Shown: positions 29,492 to 39,747, numbered from the stretch's first letter. The stretch is 64,000 bases of DNA from Candidatus Latescibacterota bacterium (GCA_965217865.1 CBDCJO010000002.1:960001-1024000), one strand, 5' to 3'. Translations and numbers: made by a program. The notes: generated by a model from the sequence alone, not told the origin.

Positions 29492-30549
29492 CAGGAGAGT
29501 CCTTCCGATCCATTGGAGACGACCCAAGTGTCAGTCGCGTGATACAATGTTGCCAGATCGCCCTCTCCTTTTTTCATGACGGCCTCCTCTCCCTGTTCGG
29601 TGAGCCGGTCGGTGTAAGTAGAGTGTTCCACGGACCGAAAAACCCCCAACGGGATGGGGAACTTCGGGGGCTCCATCCGGCTCAACATGAAGGCCAAGGA
29701 TTCGTCCCCCTCGTCGTGCACCATCAAGTCCGCTTCCGTGTATCCATTATCGCCTAAGGTCACGACTTCAGGAGCCAGGCCGTTCATTCGGATCCCCTTG
29801 TTACTCTCCTTTCCAAACACCATGGTTTTCCCGTGTTCGAGAAGGAGTGTGTTGTCATCACGGGTTTGGTTTTCCGTAAGGTGTTCCCAGGCGCCATCGT
29901 TAAAAACATTGCAGTTCTGGTAGATCTCGACGAACGATGTCCCCCGATGTTCTGCGGCGCGTTTCAACACCACCGGGAGGTGCTTTGCAAACACGTCGAC
30001 GGTGCGCGCCACGAACGTACCCTCTGCGCCAAGGGCGACCGAAAGGGAGTTGAACGAATGTTCGATGGACCCCATGGGTGAGGACTTGGTCACGTGACCC
30101 GGAAGGGAAGTGGGGGAATATTGTCCTTTTGTAAGGCCGTAGATCCGGTTGTTGAATAAAATGATTTGAAGGTCCACGTTCCTGCGAAGGCAGTGGAGGA
30201 GGTGGTTTCCGCCGATCGATAGGCTGTCTCCATCCCCCGAGATAACCCAGATGCTCAGGTCTGGATTTACGGCCTTTAAACCGGTCGCCAAGGTTGGGGC
30301 ACGGCCGTGAATGGAGTGGATGCCGTATGTATTCATGTAATAAGGAAAACGACTCGAGCAGCCGATCCCGGATATGAACACTGTTTTCTCGCGAGGGATA
30401 CCGAGGTCGGGGAGTACCTTTTGCATCTGGGAAAGGATTGCGTAATCCCCGCAGCCGGGACACCAGCGAACCTCCTGACCCGATACGAAGTCCTTCCGGG
30501 TCAGGGAGGGGGTGGTTGTCGGTGTTTGGGTTGATAAGCCAGAGGACAT
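29491..30549 (-). CDS. korB: 2-oxoacid:ferredoxin oxidoreductase beta subunit
   Basis: WCPGCGD, SGIGCSSR, IHGR, GDGD..SIGGNH, YGLTKGQYSPT. Confidence 0.93.
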   Translation of the reverse strand: MSSGLSTQTPTTTPSLTRKDFVSGQEVRWCPGCGDYAILSQMQKVLPDLGIPREKTVFISGIGCSSRFPYYMNTYGIHSIHGRAPTLATGLKAVNPDLSIWVISGDGDSLSIGGNHLLHCLRRNVDLQIILFNNRIYGLTKGQYSPTSLPGHVTKSSPMGSIEHSFNSLSVALGAEGTFVARTVDVFAKHLPVVLKRAAEHRGTSFVEIYQNCNVFNDGAWEHLTENQTRDDNTLLLEHGKTMVFGKESNKGIRMNGLAPEVVTLGDNGYTEADLMVHDEGDESLAFMLSRMEPPKFPIPLGVFRSVEHSTYTDRLTEQGEEAVMKKGEGDLATLYHATDTWVVSNGSEGLS

Positions 30550-30616
30550 CGAAGATCTCCAGACTGGAATAATATCCGTTCGGGTTCAGAACTCTAAAAA
30601 CAACGGCCCTTAAATT

Positions 30617-32518
30617 TCACCTGACCAACTCGTTGATCTTATCGAGGATCTCTTTGATTCTAAAAGGTTGCCCCCGTACTTTGGACAACTTTTCGACTCG
30701 AACGGGGTAGTTCCCGTTTAAAAGCAGGGCAAGCTGGCCGAGGTTCAGCTCAGGGACCAGGATCTTTTCAAACCCCTTCAGGATGTCGCCGAGGTTCCGG
30801 GGGAATGGATTGAGGTAGCGGAGGTGGGCGTGCGAGACGGATTCTCCGCTGACTTGGGCAGTATGCACTGCCGTTCGGATGGCTCCGAAAGTACTCCCCC
30901 AACCCACGACGAGCAGTTCTCCTTCTTCGGAACCGAATACTTCCTGCAAGGGGATCCTGTCGGCGATGCGGGCGATTTTCTCCGCCCGCACCTTCACGAT
31001 TCGTTCGTGGTCCTCAGGTGCGTAGGAGACGTTTCCCGTGATATCCTGTTTTCCCAGCCCCCCGATCCGGTGTTCCAGCCCTGCGGTCCCAGGAAGCGCC
31101 CATGGTCTGGCAAGGGTATCCGGATCGCGACTGTATGGCATGAACCCTTCGGGATCGGTCCGATGACGGATCCCGATCGGGGAAATCGTATCGGGGTCCG
31201 GAATGCGCCAGGGCTCCGAACTTTCCGCGAGGTATCCGTCTGAAAGATAGATGACCGGTGTCATGCTTTCAACTGCGATACGGAAGGCTTCAATGCTCAT
31301 GGTAAAACAATCTGCGGGCGTGCACGGGGCGATCACCGGGATGGGGCTTTCTCCGTTTCGCCCGAACATGACCTGGAGAAGGTCCGCCTGTTCGGTCTTG
31401 GTCGGAAGGCCCGTGCTGGGACCTCCTCTCTGGATGTTTGCGATAACCATCGGGAGTTCGAGAACGATGGCCAGATTCATGGCTTCGCTCTTCAAACATA
31501 TGCCGGGACCGCTGGTGCCCGTGGCAGCGAAGGCCCCCCCGAAGGCCGCGCCGATAACAGCCCCTATCGCGGAAATCTCGTCCTCCGCCTGGAAGGTCCG
31601 CACATCGAAATGTTTGACCATAGCGAGTTCGTGGAGCATGGAACTGGCCGGGGTGATCGGGTAGCTTCCATAGAAGAGTGTCTTGCCGGCGCGTCGCGCC
31701 GCGGTCACCATACCGAGAGCGGTCGCCTCCGTTCCGGTCACCTTCCGATAGACACCCGGGGCGGCGGGGGCTTTGAGCACCCGGTAGCGTGTGCGAAACG
31801 CTTCGGTGGTCTCACCGAAGTTGTAGCCGGCCTTCAGCGCCCGGGTGTTCGCCTCGACGATTTTGGGACGCTTACCGAATTTTTCATTGAACCAGTTGAC
31901 CGTCGGCTCCAAGGGCCGATCGTACATCCAGGACACGAGCCCCAGGGCAAACATGTTTTGTGAGCGGTCCTTCTCCTTGTTGGAGAGCCCGTCGATTTCC
32001 TTCAGAGCATTGCGGTTCAGGGTCGTCATCGGAATCTCGATCAGCCGATATCCCTTTAGCGAACCGTCCTCAAGGGGGTTGTTCTGGTAACCCGCTTTTT
32101 TCAGATCGTTCTGCGCAAAGTTGTCGGTGTTGACGATGATGGTCCCGCCGGGCTCCAGGTCATCGATGTTCGCCTTTAACGCGGCGGGATTCCAGACGAC
32201 GAGCACCTGGGGCGCATCCCCGGGGGTGAAGATGTCCTGACTTGCGATATTGACCTGAAAACCGCTCACCCCCGCCAGGGTCCCAGCCGGTGCCCGAATC
32301 TCCGCCGGATAATCCGGCATGGTACTGACGTCATTTCCAAATATCAGGGAGGTGTTTGTAAACTGCGCCCCAGTTACCTGAATTCCGTCCCCGGAATCAC
32401 CGGCAAACCGAATCGCGACCGATTCCAATTCTTCGGTTTGGATTTCTTTCCCCGCAACCTTTTCAGCCTCTTCCTCCACATCCTGTTCGGCGGCCACTGG
32501 GTTGGCCATGTTGATCAT
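30617..32518 (-). CDS. korA: 2-oxoacid:ferredoxin oxidoreductase alpha subunit (gamma-alpha fusion)
   Basis: FAGDSGDG, YPAEIRAP, SYPITPAS, QAEDEI, TSGPG, QRGGPSTGLPT. Confidence 0.93.
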   Translation of the reverse strand: MINMANPVAAEQDVEEEAEKVAGKEIQTEELESVAIRFAGDSGDGIQVTGAQFTNTSLIFGNDVSTMPDYPAEIRAPAGTLAGVSGFQVNIASQDIFTPGDAPQVLVVWNPAALKANIDDLEPGGTIIVNTDNFAQNDLKKAGYQNNPLEDGSLKGYRLIEIPMTTLNRNALKEIDGLSNKEKDRSQNMFALGLVSWMYDRPLEPTVNWFNEKFGKRPKIVEANTRALKAGYNFGETTEAFRTRYRVLKAPAAPGVYRKVTGTEATALGMVTAARRAGKTLFYGSYPITPASSMLHELAMVKHFDVRTFQAEDEISAIGAVIGAAFGGAFAATGTSGPGICLKSEAMNLAIVLELPMVIANIQRGGPSTGLPTKTEQADLLQVMFGRNGESPIPVIAPCTPADCFTMSIEAFRIAVESMTPVIYLSDGYLAESSEPWRIPDPDTISPIGIRHRTDPEGFMPYSRDPDTLARPWALPGTAGLEHRIGGLGKQDITGNVSYAPEDHERIVKVRAEKIARIADRIPLQEVFGSEEGELLVVGWGSTFGAIRTAVHTAQVSGESVSHAHLRYLNPFPRNLGDILKGFEKILVPELNLGQLALLLNGNYPVRVEKLSKVRGQPFRIKEILDKINELVR

Positions 32519-32593
32519 ACCTCCATATCTCAGTTTTCGGATTTACAAGAATGGGTGAATTACCCCAGAAGACCGGACATCAACCCAAAAACA

Positions 32594-33061
32594 TTAAGCT
32601 CCGTCTCGCGCCTTGATCACCTGTTCGGGTTCCGGGGGGAGGTTGTAGATCTCTTGGGGAAAGCGCTCGCTCAGGAACTTTATCATGGCGGGCTGCGTCA
32701 GATTGCCAACCACTTTTCCGCCGTCGTCGACCACAGGCATATTCCGGTAATGCCCTTCATTCATCAGATCGAGGGCACGGCCTACCTGATCGTCCATTCG
32801 TACCGTTTGGGGAGAGGGAGTCATCAGCCGATCAACCTGCTCCTCCCAACTCTCCTGTACATCCACAACCTTCCGGAGGACATCGCGATCTGTGAAGATT
32901 CCGATGAGACGGTCACCATCAGTAATCAAGGCACAATTGTGTTTCTGCTCTCGCATCTTCCGGAGCACATCGATCACCTTGGTTCCAGACGCTATGGTGA
33001 CATAGTCGGAAAGCTCCATGTGGGAGACCTTTTCAGCCCATAGATCCTGTTGAAGGCTCAT
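32594..33061 (-). CDS. CBS-pair protein
   Basis: GIFTDRDVL, LMTPSP, GHYRNMPVVD; start chosen at ATG 33061. Confidence 0.85.
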   Translation of the reverse strand: MSLQQDLWAEKVSHMELSDYVTIASGTKVIDVLRKMREQKHNCALITDGDRLIGIFTDRDVLRKVVDVQESWEEQVDRLMTPSPQTVRMDDQVGRALDLMNEGHYRNMPVVDDGGKVVGNLTQPAMIKFLSERFPQEIYNLPPEPEQVIKARDGA

Positions 33062-33205
33062 GACAGATTCCTTTGCAGAGGGAAAAACAGACCTGTTGTT
33101 AACAACAAAAATATAGACCTTTATCGGCATTATGACAATGGAAAAGTTCTCCCGTTGGATGGTTTTTCCTCCAAATCCAGACCGAACCAACGGTCCATTT
33201 CCTCT

Positions 33206-33234
33206 TTGACAACCTTCCAGGTCGGGCGTATATT
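33206..33234 (+). promoter_or_regulatory. Sigma70-type promoter
   Basis: TTGACA-17 bp-TATATT. Confidence 0.65.
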
Positions 33235-33245
33235 GTCTGCAATTC

Positions 33246-33602
33246 GTGCACTCAACCCAGATTCAGGGGACGATTCTCATGTTCTTCCGCGCCAGACCTC
33301 CCACAGGATCTTTGCCGACAACAGGCGTGCGAATATTGAGACATCCCGTGAAGTACACCCGATTAATTCTGAGACTCCTCCGGGACCATCGGGTGCAGCT
33401 TTACCTGAAGGCCTTACTCGTGGGGGCCATGGCTTACGTCATCTCCCCTTTCGATCTCGCTCCTGCGATTCTGATCCCATTGCTCGGGGTGGCTGACGAT
33501 GTCTTTATCCTTCTTCTCGCCATCCATACTTTTCTCACCCGTGCTCCCCGTGAAGTGGTGGAGGAGCACGCGCTGGCGATCGCTAAAAATGGGAATGGAT
33601 AG
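33246..33602 (+). CDS. YkvA/DUF1232 family membrane protein
   Basis: LLRD.RV...K......AYVISPFDL.P...P.LG.ADD; true start may be later. Confidence 0.8.
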   Translation: MHSTQIQGTILMFFRARPPTGSLPTTGVRILRHPVKYTRLILRLLRDHRVQLYLKALLVGAMAYVISPFDLAPAILIPLLGVADDVFILLLAIHTFLTRAPREVVEEHALAIAKNGNG

Positions 33603-33646
33603 GGAGAGGATTTCAGGCGGGATCGGGCGTTTCTTCTCTTCTAGTT

Positions 33647-34372
33647 CTAGTCTGAACTAGGCCATCTTTTGATCTGGATTTGTCCTTGCGCCATCACGGC
33701 ATAGCTGAAGTGTTGAACCCAATCGCCAAGGACGACGAGGGTCCCTTTTTTTTCCCGTCGAATTACGGGTTCGTGAAGGTGGCCAAAGATGACGATATCG
33801 GCCTCACGGCAGAAAAGTCGACGCGCTTCACGCTGGTAGATCTTCATCAGATGGTCTCCGCTGACGGGGGCTATGGGGCGACTGGAGACAAACCGGGCAA
33901 TCAGGATGCCGAGGTCTGGATGGAGCAATCGGAACAGTGAGATACAATAAGGATTTCGGAGGATTCGTTTTATGAGGTGATATCGATTTCCGCCCAAAAG
34001 ATCGTCTCCGTGATCCAGGGTGATCCGGAGCCCCTGGTGGATTACCCGGCACCGATTCGAGGCGATGGAGATGCCCACCTCATCGGATATGAAAGCCCCC
34101 AACCAAAGATCGTGATTTCCGGGAATGCAGACGACCCGGACACCGGAATTGACGAGGTTGTATAGTTCAAAGAGAACTTTTCCTCCGGCTTTGGGGACAA
34201 CCGACCGATATTCGAACCAGAAATCGAAGAGATCCCCGACGAAATAAAGGGCCTCCGCATCGTTCCGGATGGATCGCAGGAATTCAATCAGCCTATCCTG
34301 TTTAACGGGCTCTTCCTTATTTTCTTTATAATCGATATGCACATCGGAGATAAAATAGACCCGGTTCTTCAT
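33647..34372 (-). CDS. lpxH: UDP-2,3-diacylglucosamine diphosphatase
   Basis: FISDVH, GDLFDFW.EY, GNHD, HGD, FGH.H.P, LGDW. Confidence 0.85.
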   Translation of the reverse strand: MKNRVYFISDVHIDYKENKEEPVKQDRLIEFLRSIRNDAEALYFVGDLFDFWFEYRSVVPKAGGKVLFELYNLVNSGVRVVCIPGNHDLWLGAFISDEVGISIASNRCRVIHQGLRITLDHGDDLLGGNRYHLIKRILRNPYCISLFRLLHPDLGILIARFVSSRPIAPVSGDHLMKIYQREARRLFCREADIVIFGHLHEPVIRREKKGTLVVLGDWVQHFSYAVMAQGQIQIKRWPSSD

Positions 34373-34566
34373 AGCAAGGCAGAATAAACATTTCCAGACG
34401 GGAAATCAACCTCTTTTAAGAACGCCGGGAACCGAGGCTCACCACAGAATCCCAGTCGCGTTTTTTGGGACACCGGCCTTAACCCAGGGGCAATTTTCTT
34501 CGATGTTGACAAATTGAGTTTATGCGATAATTATCAGAATAGGGAGATCCTGGGGGGATTTTTTTT

Positions 34567-34595
34567 GGAACTTTCCCGGGAGAGGGAAGGTTAAA
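34567..34595 (+). promoter_or_regulatory. Putative autoregulatory ECF promoter
   Basis: GGAACTT-16 bp-GTTAAA directly upstream of the ECF sigma gene. Confidence 0.6.
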
Positions 34596-34626
34596 CAGAT
34601 TGTCCACCCCCGGATGGAGGGAAGGC

Positions 34627-35241
34627 ATGTATATGGCACATTCCCGTAACCCACACGACGACTCGTTTTCGGACAGCGATGTTCTTGCCGATGTCATGGC
34701 GGGAGATGTCGAGGCGTTTGAAAAGATCGTAACCCGCCATAAAAACAGGCTGTTCAACTTTGTGTATCGGTTTGTGGGAGACCGGGAGACCGCTGAAGAT
34801 ATTATTCAGGAAACCTTCCTGCGGGCATTTCGCCGCCGGAAAGACTACCGGGCAATCGCAAATTTTTCAACGTGGCTTTTCACGATTGCTGGGAATTTGG
34901 CGAAGAGCGAATTGCGCCGGCGAAAAAGATGGCGATTTTTCTCGTTAAACTGGGACGAGGAGTCGGAAACCGGAATCGATATCCCGGACGAGTCGATGCG
35001 TCCTGATACGATGGCAGAAACCTCGATGACGGACGATCTGATCCAGGAGGCGATCGAATCTCTGCCGGCGAATTACCGGAAGGTGATCCTCCTGAGAGAC
35101 GTGGAAGGGATGTCATACCATGAAATTTCAAAGATTGTTGGAAGGCCCGTCGGCACGATCAAGTCGAGGGTCAATCGTGCCAGGCTCCGCCTCCAACGGC
35201 GCCTCAAAATGGAAGGCCGGGACATTGGTTTGAAGGTTTGA
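34627..35241 (+). CDS. ECF RNA polymerase sigma factor (RpoE/SigW-like)
   Basis: AEDIIQETFL, FSTWL..IA.N, LRDVEGMSY.EI, GTIKSRVNRAR. Confidence 0.93.
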   Translation: MYMAHSRNPHDDSFSDSDVLADVMAGDVEAFEKIVTRHKNRLFNFVYRFVGDRETAEDIIQETFLRAFRRRKDYRAIANFSTWLFTIAGNLAKSELRRRKRWRFFSLNWDEESETGIDIPDESMRPDTMAETSMTDDLIQEAIESLPANYRKVILLRDVEGMSYHEISKIVGRPVGTIKSRVNRARLRLQRRLKMEGRDIGLKV

Positions 35242-35298
35242 AATATTGGAAGATTGAAGTACAAGAAGTTTGATATAAAAAGGAGGACGTTCTGACGA

Positions 35299-35862
35299 AT
35301 GCATTGTAAAGATTTTCAAGACCGGATTTCAGCTTTTGTCGAAGATGAACAGGACCAAAACATCAGGCGTCTGATGGATGCCCACCTCGCCGAATGTCCC
35401 GCCTGCGCAGAGGCCCTCCAGGGAGTCCGGAAGGTCGTTGCCGTACTGGGTGGACTACAATCGGAGAGGCCGTCGACAGATTTCCACTTTGCCCTGCGAG
35501 GCAGGCTCCTGATGGAGGTGGCCAGGTATCAAAGGTTCGCCTCCCGGGTGATCGCAAGGTTTTTTCCGTCTGCACCCCGAACGGCGTTTGCCGGTGGGGT
35601 AGCAATCGTGGTTCTGGTGGGAAGCGCTTTCTTTTTCAGCCAACCTCGGTATCCTTCGGATACCGGGGATATGCTTAATATGGAGTATAAAGCGGCAGCC
35701 CCCCAGTTGCGGATTCAGGATATCCATTATGTGTTGGAGCGCGTGCCCGCGTTGTCTCACCGCAGTGTGACCATCTCTTCCCGAGTCGCTCAGTCCCGAA
35801 TTGACAGCCAATCCACACCGTACAGGGAGCAAACCTCCCGGGTACGCTACGTCCGTTTCTGA
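35299..35862 (+). CDS. Zinc-finger (zf-HC2) transmembrane anti-sigma factor
   Basis: MHC...HLAECPAC (HxxxCxxC), single TM segment; follows the sigma gene. Confidence 0.88.
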   Translation: MHCKDFQDRISAFVEDEQDQNIRRLMDAHLAECPACAEALQGVRKVVAVLGGLQSERPSTDFHFALRGRLLMEVARYQRFASRVIARFFPSAPRTAFAGGVAIVVLVGSAFFFSQPRYPSDTGDMLNMEYKAAAPQLRIQDIHYVLERVPALSHRSVTISSRVAQSRIDSQSTPYREQTSRVRYVRF

Positions 35863-35877
35863 ACAGGCCACCGAACG

Positions 35878-37143
35878 ATGAATCGACAGTACTCATTGAA
35901 CACGCAAGCCATCTCTTTCCTGGGGCCAGGTGGTCCCGGACCCTCTGCTCCTTCCAATACCTTCTTCCGGTGTATCTGGAATCATATCGGGATTATCATC
36001 GGAATCGGGCTCACACTTGGGCTATCGACCCAGAGCTGGGCGGATGAACACCTCCTGAGGGCGGTTGAGGAAGAGATCGCAACCCTTATGGAACAGAATC
36101 GATCCTGTGTGGTCAGTATTCATACCATCACCAGAGGGGAAGTTGACCTTGGTAAGGGATCTGAAGCGGGCGTGACCATGCGTCGAAACGTGGGCTCTGG
36201 CGTCATCTTTGATACCCAAGGACATATTCTCACGACGGCGGAGGTTGTCCGGGATGCAAACTACATCCAGGTATCGACATGGTCGGGGGAGATGGTCGAT
36301 GCCGACCTGGTGGCCACGGATGAAGACTCAAAAGTGGCTGTGATACAACTTCATGGGGAGGTATCCCGATGTCCGCGGTTAGGCGATTCTGACAGGGTCC
36401 GGACAGGCCATTACGCCTTCATCATCGGGAACGCGTGGGGGACCATGGCCCCTTCTGTGGGTTCGGTCGTGGAGTTTCGTGAACACGGCGATATGATCCA
36501 GATCAGCGGTTACGCCCGGCCCGGCAACAGTGGTGCGGCGGTATTCAACAGCGAAGGGCAGGTCATCGGTCTGATTCGGGGAGTCCTGTCTTTGCCCCCT
36601 TCCGATGGTTCGGGTGAATTCAGCCATCGCAACGGGTTTGGATGGAATAACGTCAATGCGACCCTCCTGGCCATCCCGATCAACCGGGCCCGGCGGGTTG
36701 CTCGGGAGCTGATCGCTGGACGTGGCTGGCTCGGCCTGGAGGTCGAACGGCACGGGACGTTAAGGATCACGCGGGTGGAGGAAGACGGCCCTGCTGAAGA
36801 GGCAGGATTTCAGGTTGGAGATGAAGTGGTCTTCTACAGAGCAGAAAGGGTCATCGATGGTGAACATCTTGCCCGTCTCGTGGTCCGAACCCCCGAGGGA
36901 AACTGGGTGACCGTCGGAATTCAGCGGGACCGACAGCCCATATCGATTCGGGTTCGAATAGGTCATCAGCCCAGAAAGGATCCAGGACTATACAACTCGC
37001 ATCCCTTCTTGGCCTATGATTCTGTTCCCGCCGGCGGTGAGAGCCAGGAAGATCTCTTAAAAAGAGTTCATGTCCTCAAAGAGCAGAATCTTCATCTCCT
37101 GAAGATGTTGATCCAGGAGCGGGAGGGCCGCGGGGAAAGATAG
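35878..37143 (+). CDS. HtrA/DegP-like trypsin plus PDZ protein with degenerate catalytic triad
   Basis: VVSI, GSGVIF, LGDSD, IGN, PGNSG, G.VIG, AIP, GWLG and PAEEAG..GD PDZ motifs; His site reads E and Asp site reads K. Confidence 0.85.
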   Translation: MNRQYSLNTQAISFLGPGGPGPSAPSNTFFRCIWNHIGIIIGIGLTLGLSTQSWADEHLLRAVEEEIATLMEQNRSCVVSIHTITRGEVDLGKGSEAGVTMRRNVGSGVIFDTQGHILTTAEVVRDANYIQVSTWSGEMVDADLVATDEDSKVAVIQLHGEVSRCPRLGDSDRVRTGHYAFIIGNAWGTMAPSVGSVVEFREHGDMIQISGYARPGNSGAAVFNSEGQVIGLIRGVLSLPPSDGSGEFSHRNGFGWNNVNATLLAIPINRARRVARELIAGRGWLGLEVERHGTLRITRVEEDGPAEEAGFQVGDEVVFYRAERVIDGEHLARLVVRTPEGNWVTVGIQRDRQPISIRVRIGHQPRKDPGLYNSHPFLAYDSVPAGGESQEDLLKRVHVLKEQNLHLLKMLIQEREGRGER

Positions 37144-37168
37144 TTCGTTATAGGAGAAGCAATTTTTT

Positions 37169-37199
37169 GAGGCTCGGCGCGTTGCGTCGGGCTTTTTTT
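37169..37199 (+). terminator. Intrinsic terminator
   Basis: GGCTCGGCGC-GTT-GCGTCGGGCT stem followed by a T run. Confidence 0.75.
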
Positions 37200-37287
37200 C
37201 TGGGTCACCGTTGAAATTGATGATATATTTCAGATCGAATCGGAGCAGCGTGTCTTCGATGACCGTGGATCCTTGAGGGGGTAAGGT

Positions 37288-38061
37288 ATGACGATCGATT
37301 TATCAGGCCGTGTGGCGTTGATCACCGGTGCATCCCGGGGGATTGGGCGAGGCTGTGCCCTTGAGATGGCCCGTGCGGGAGCGGATATCGTCGTGAATTA
37401 CCATTCCCACCCGGATGATGCATCGGAGGTCATCGAAGAGGTGAGGCGATTGGGGCGTAAGGCCGTGGCAATAAAAGCCGATGTTGGGAATCGAGCGGAT
37501 GTGGATCGGTTGGTGGAGACTTCCCTTGAGCGGTTCGGCAGGATCGACATCCTGGTCAACAACGCTTACCGAAGCATACGCAAAGCATTCCTGGATCTGA
37601 CCGATGAGGACGTAGAGGAGACGTGGAAAGTAACCTTGTGGAGTGTGTTCCGGTGCAGCCAGAGCGTGGCGAGACTTATGGTCGAACGGAAAGAGGGTGG
37701 GAAGATCGTTGTCATCAGCTCGGATCTCGCATTCATCCCCATGCCCACCTCCCTGCCATACAACACGGCAAAGGCAGGGATCAACCAGATGGCCTTCACC
37801 ATGGCCGCCGAATTAGCCCCCCATCGAATCCACGTCAATGTTATCGAGCCCGGTTGGACGGACACTCCGGGAGAGCGCCAATATGCGACGGAGGAACAGA
37901 TTCAGGAGGGGGGGAAGCGTCTCCCGCTCGGGAGGCTGGGACGACCCGAGGAGATCGGCAAGGTGGCAACCTTCCTGGGGTCTTCGGATGCTGATTATAT
38001 CACCGGAGCCACTATTCGGGTCGATGGGGGGGTTTGGTTGCCGGGGGGATTGAAATTATGA
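37288..38061 (+). CDS. SDR family oxidoreductase (FabG/glucose-1-dehydrogenase-like)
   Basis: TGASRGIG, LVNNA, YNTAK (YxxxK), PGWTDT, VDGG. Confidence 0.9.
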   Translation: MTIDLSGRVALITGASRGIGRGCALEMARAGADIVVNYHSHPDDASEVIEEVRRLGRKAVAIKADVGNRADVDRLVETSLERFGRIDILVNNAYRSIRKAFLDLTDEDVEETWKVTLWSVFRCSQSVARLMVERKEGGKIVVISSDLAFIPMPTSLPYNTAKAGINQMAFTMAAELAPHRIHVNVIEPGWTDTPGERQYATEEQIQEGGKRLPLGRLGRPEEIGKVATFLGSSDADYITGATIRVDGGVWLPGGLKL

Positions 38062-38132
38062 CCGACCCTATCAACAGGATCACCGAACCATTTTAACTCA
38101 ACCCGATCGCTTGGGCACCTTCAAATCCGACC

Positions 38133-39533
38133 TTGAGTTTGATCACTCTTTCTGACAGATGGGTGGAACCGGCGAGGCTGTTTGGGGGGTTGGTCCATCG
38201 GCCCTATTTTTTTTGGCTGGACAGCAGCCTGCCCTCCGAACGATCGGGCCGTTTCTCGTTTATGGGCGCCGATCCATTCCTGATTCTGAGGTCCCGTTCG
38301 GGGAAGACGGATATCGTTCGGGACAATAGGGTTCAACAGATCGACCAGGACCCGATCGATGCCCTGGCTGCCATCTTGAAGACCCATCGTCCGATGATCG
38401 ATCCGTGTAAGGACTTCCCCTTTCCCGGGGGGGGTGTTGGATATCTGGGCTACGACCTTGGCAGACTATTCGAGAGACTTCCGGATCGACCGAAGGATGA
38501 CCTGGGTTTGCCCGATATGCACGTCGCCTTTTACGGCGCTGTGATCGTTTTTGATCATATGACCAGCCGGATATCCGTGTGTGGATTCATGGAGGATGCC
38601 GTCCACGAACTTCAAGGCAGATTCCGAAGGATTGCCGCAGAGAGGGAACACAAGACAAACGATTCTACAGTTCCTGGGGTTTACCCCACACGGTCCAATT
38701 TTTCTCGACATGATTACCTGCATGCGGTCCTTCGCGTCAAAGACTATATTGCCTCAGGTGACGTATATCAGGTCAATCTTTCCCAGCGATTCCACACCCG
38801 ACTGGAGATGAGCGCCCCGGAGCTTTACCTTCGGCTGCGAAGACACAACCCCGCACCGTTTTCGGCTTATCTGGACCTGGGTGGCGCCCAGATTCTCAGT
38901 TCATCACCCGAACGATTTTTGAGGGTGCTGGGAAAGGAAGGTGTGGTGGAGACTCGACCGATCAAAGGGACAAGGGGCCGCGGGGAGACAGAAGAAGAGG
39001 ATCTCCACCTGGCCGAAGAGCTTCTCCAGAGTGAGAAGGACCGGGCGGAGCTGGTCATGATCGTCGACCTGGAACGGAACGACCTGGGACGCGTCTGCGG
39101 CTTTGGATCAGTACGCGTGCCGGAACTGGCCTCCATCGAGCCTTATGCCAGCGTCTACCACTTGGTTGCCACGGTCACAGGGGAGCTGCCTCCCGATCGG
39201 GATATCGCAGACCTCATCAGGGCGACGTTTCCAGGGGGCTCGATCACGGGGGCTCCAAAGCTTCGTGCGATGGAGATCATAGACGAGTTGGAGCCGGTGA
39301 GCCGGGGTCCGTATACCGGAGCCTTGGGCTACTTCAGCTTCTCCGGAGATCTGGACTTGAATATCCTGATCAGATCGCTCGTCGTAAAAGGAAACCAAGC
39401 CTTCTTCCACGCAGGGGGGGGGATTGTGGCGGATTCCGATGCTGAAAAAGAATATATGGAGACGCTGCACAAGGTGCGGGGAATGATGGGGGCGGTGGGG
39501 GGGGGGATTGTCGTGGATCGGGATTCCGCTTGA
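38133..39533 (+). CDS. pabB: Aminodeoxychorismate synthase component I
   Basis: GDVYQVNLSQ, SSSPERF, RPIKGT, MIVDL.RNDL, FPGGSITGAPK. Confidence 0.88.
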   Translation: MSLITLSDRWVEPARLFGGLVHRPYFFWLDSSLPSERSGRFSFMGADPFLILRSRSGKTDIVRDNRVQQIDQDPIDALAAILKTHRPMIDPCKDFPFPGGGVGYLGYDLGRLFERLPDRPKDDLGLPDMHVAFYGAVIVFDHMTSRISVCGFMEDAVHELQGRFRRIAAEREHKTNDSTVPGVYPTRSNFSRHDYLHAVLRVKDYIASGDVYQVNLSQRFHTRLEMSAPELYLRLRRHNPAPFSAYLDLGGAQILSSSPERFLRVLGKEGVVETRPIKGTRGRGETEEEDLHLAEELLQSEKDRAELVMIVDLERNDLGRVCGFGSVRVPELASIEPYASVYHLVATVTGELPPDRDIADLIRATFPGGSITGAPKLRAMEIIDELEPVSRGPYTGALGYFSFSGDLDLNILIRSLVVKGNQAFFHAGGGIVADSDAEKEYMETLHKVRGMMGAVGGGIVVDRDSA

Positions 39534-39588
39534 CACTCTCCGGGGGGGTTTGTTATATTCAGCCGTCAATTTTTGACTTTAAATTGAT

Positions 39589-39664
<76 letters not shown>

Positions 39665-39681
39665 GAATAGATATGATCAAC

Positions 39682-39719
39682 GAGGCGGTTGAGCGTAAGC
39701 TTGACAGCCTCTTTTTTTT
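39682..39719 (+). terminator. Intrinsic terminator after tRNA-Phe
   Basis: GAGGCGGTTGAGC-GTAA-GCTTGACAGCCTC stem followed by T8. Confidence 0.8.
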
Positions 39720-39747
39720 GGGAAGCTAATTTTTCCTAAGTCTCCAT

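Noticed and set aside
39497-39506. G10 run in pabB as a phase-variation switch
   Set aside because: Lies in the last few codons, so slippage would only alter a short tail
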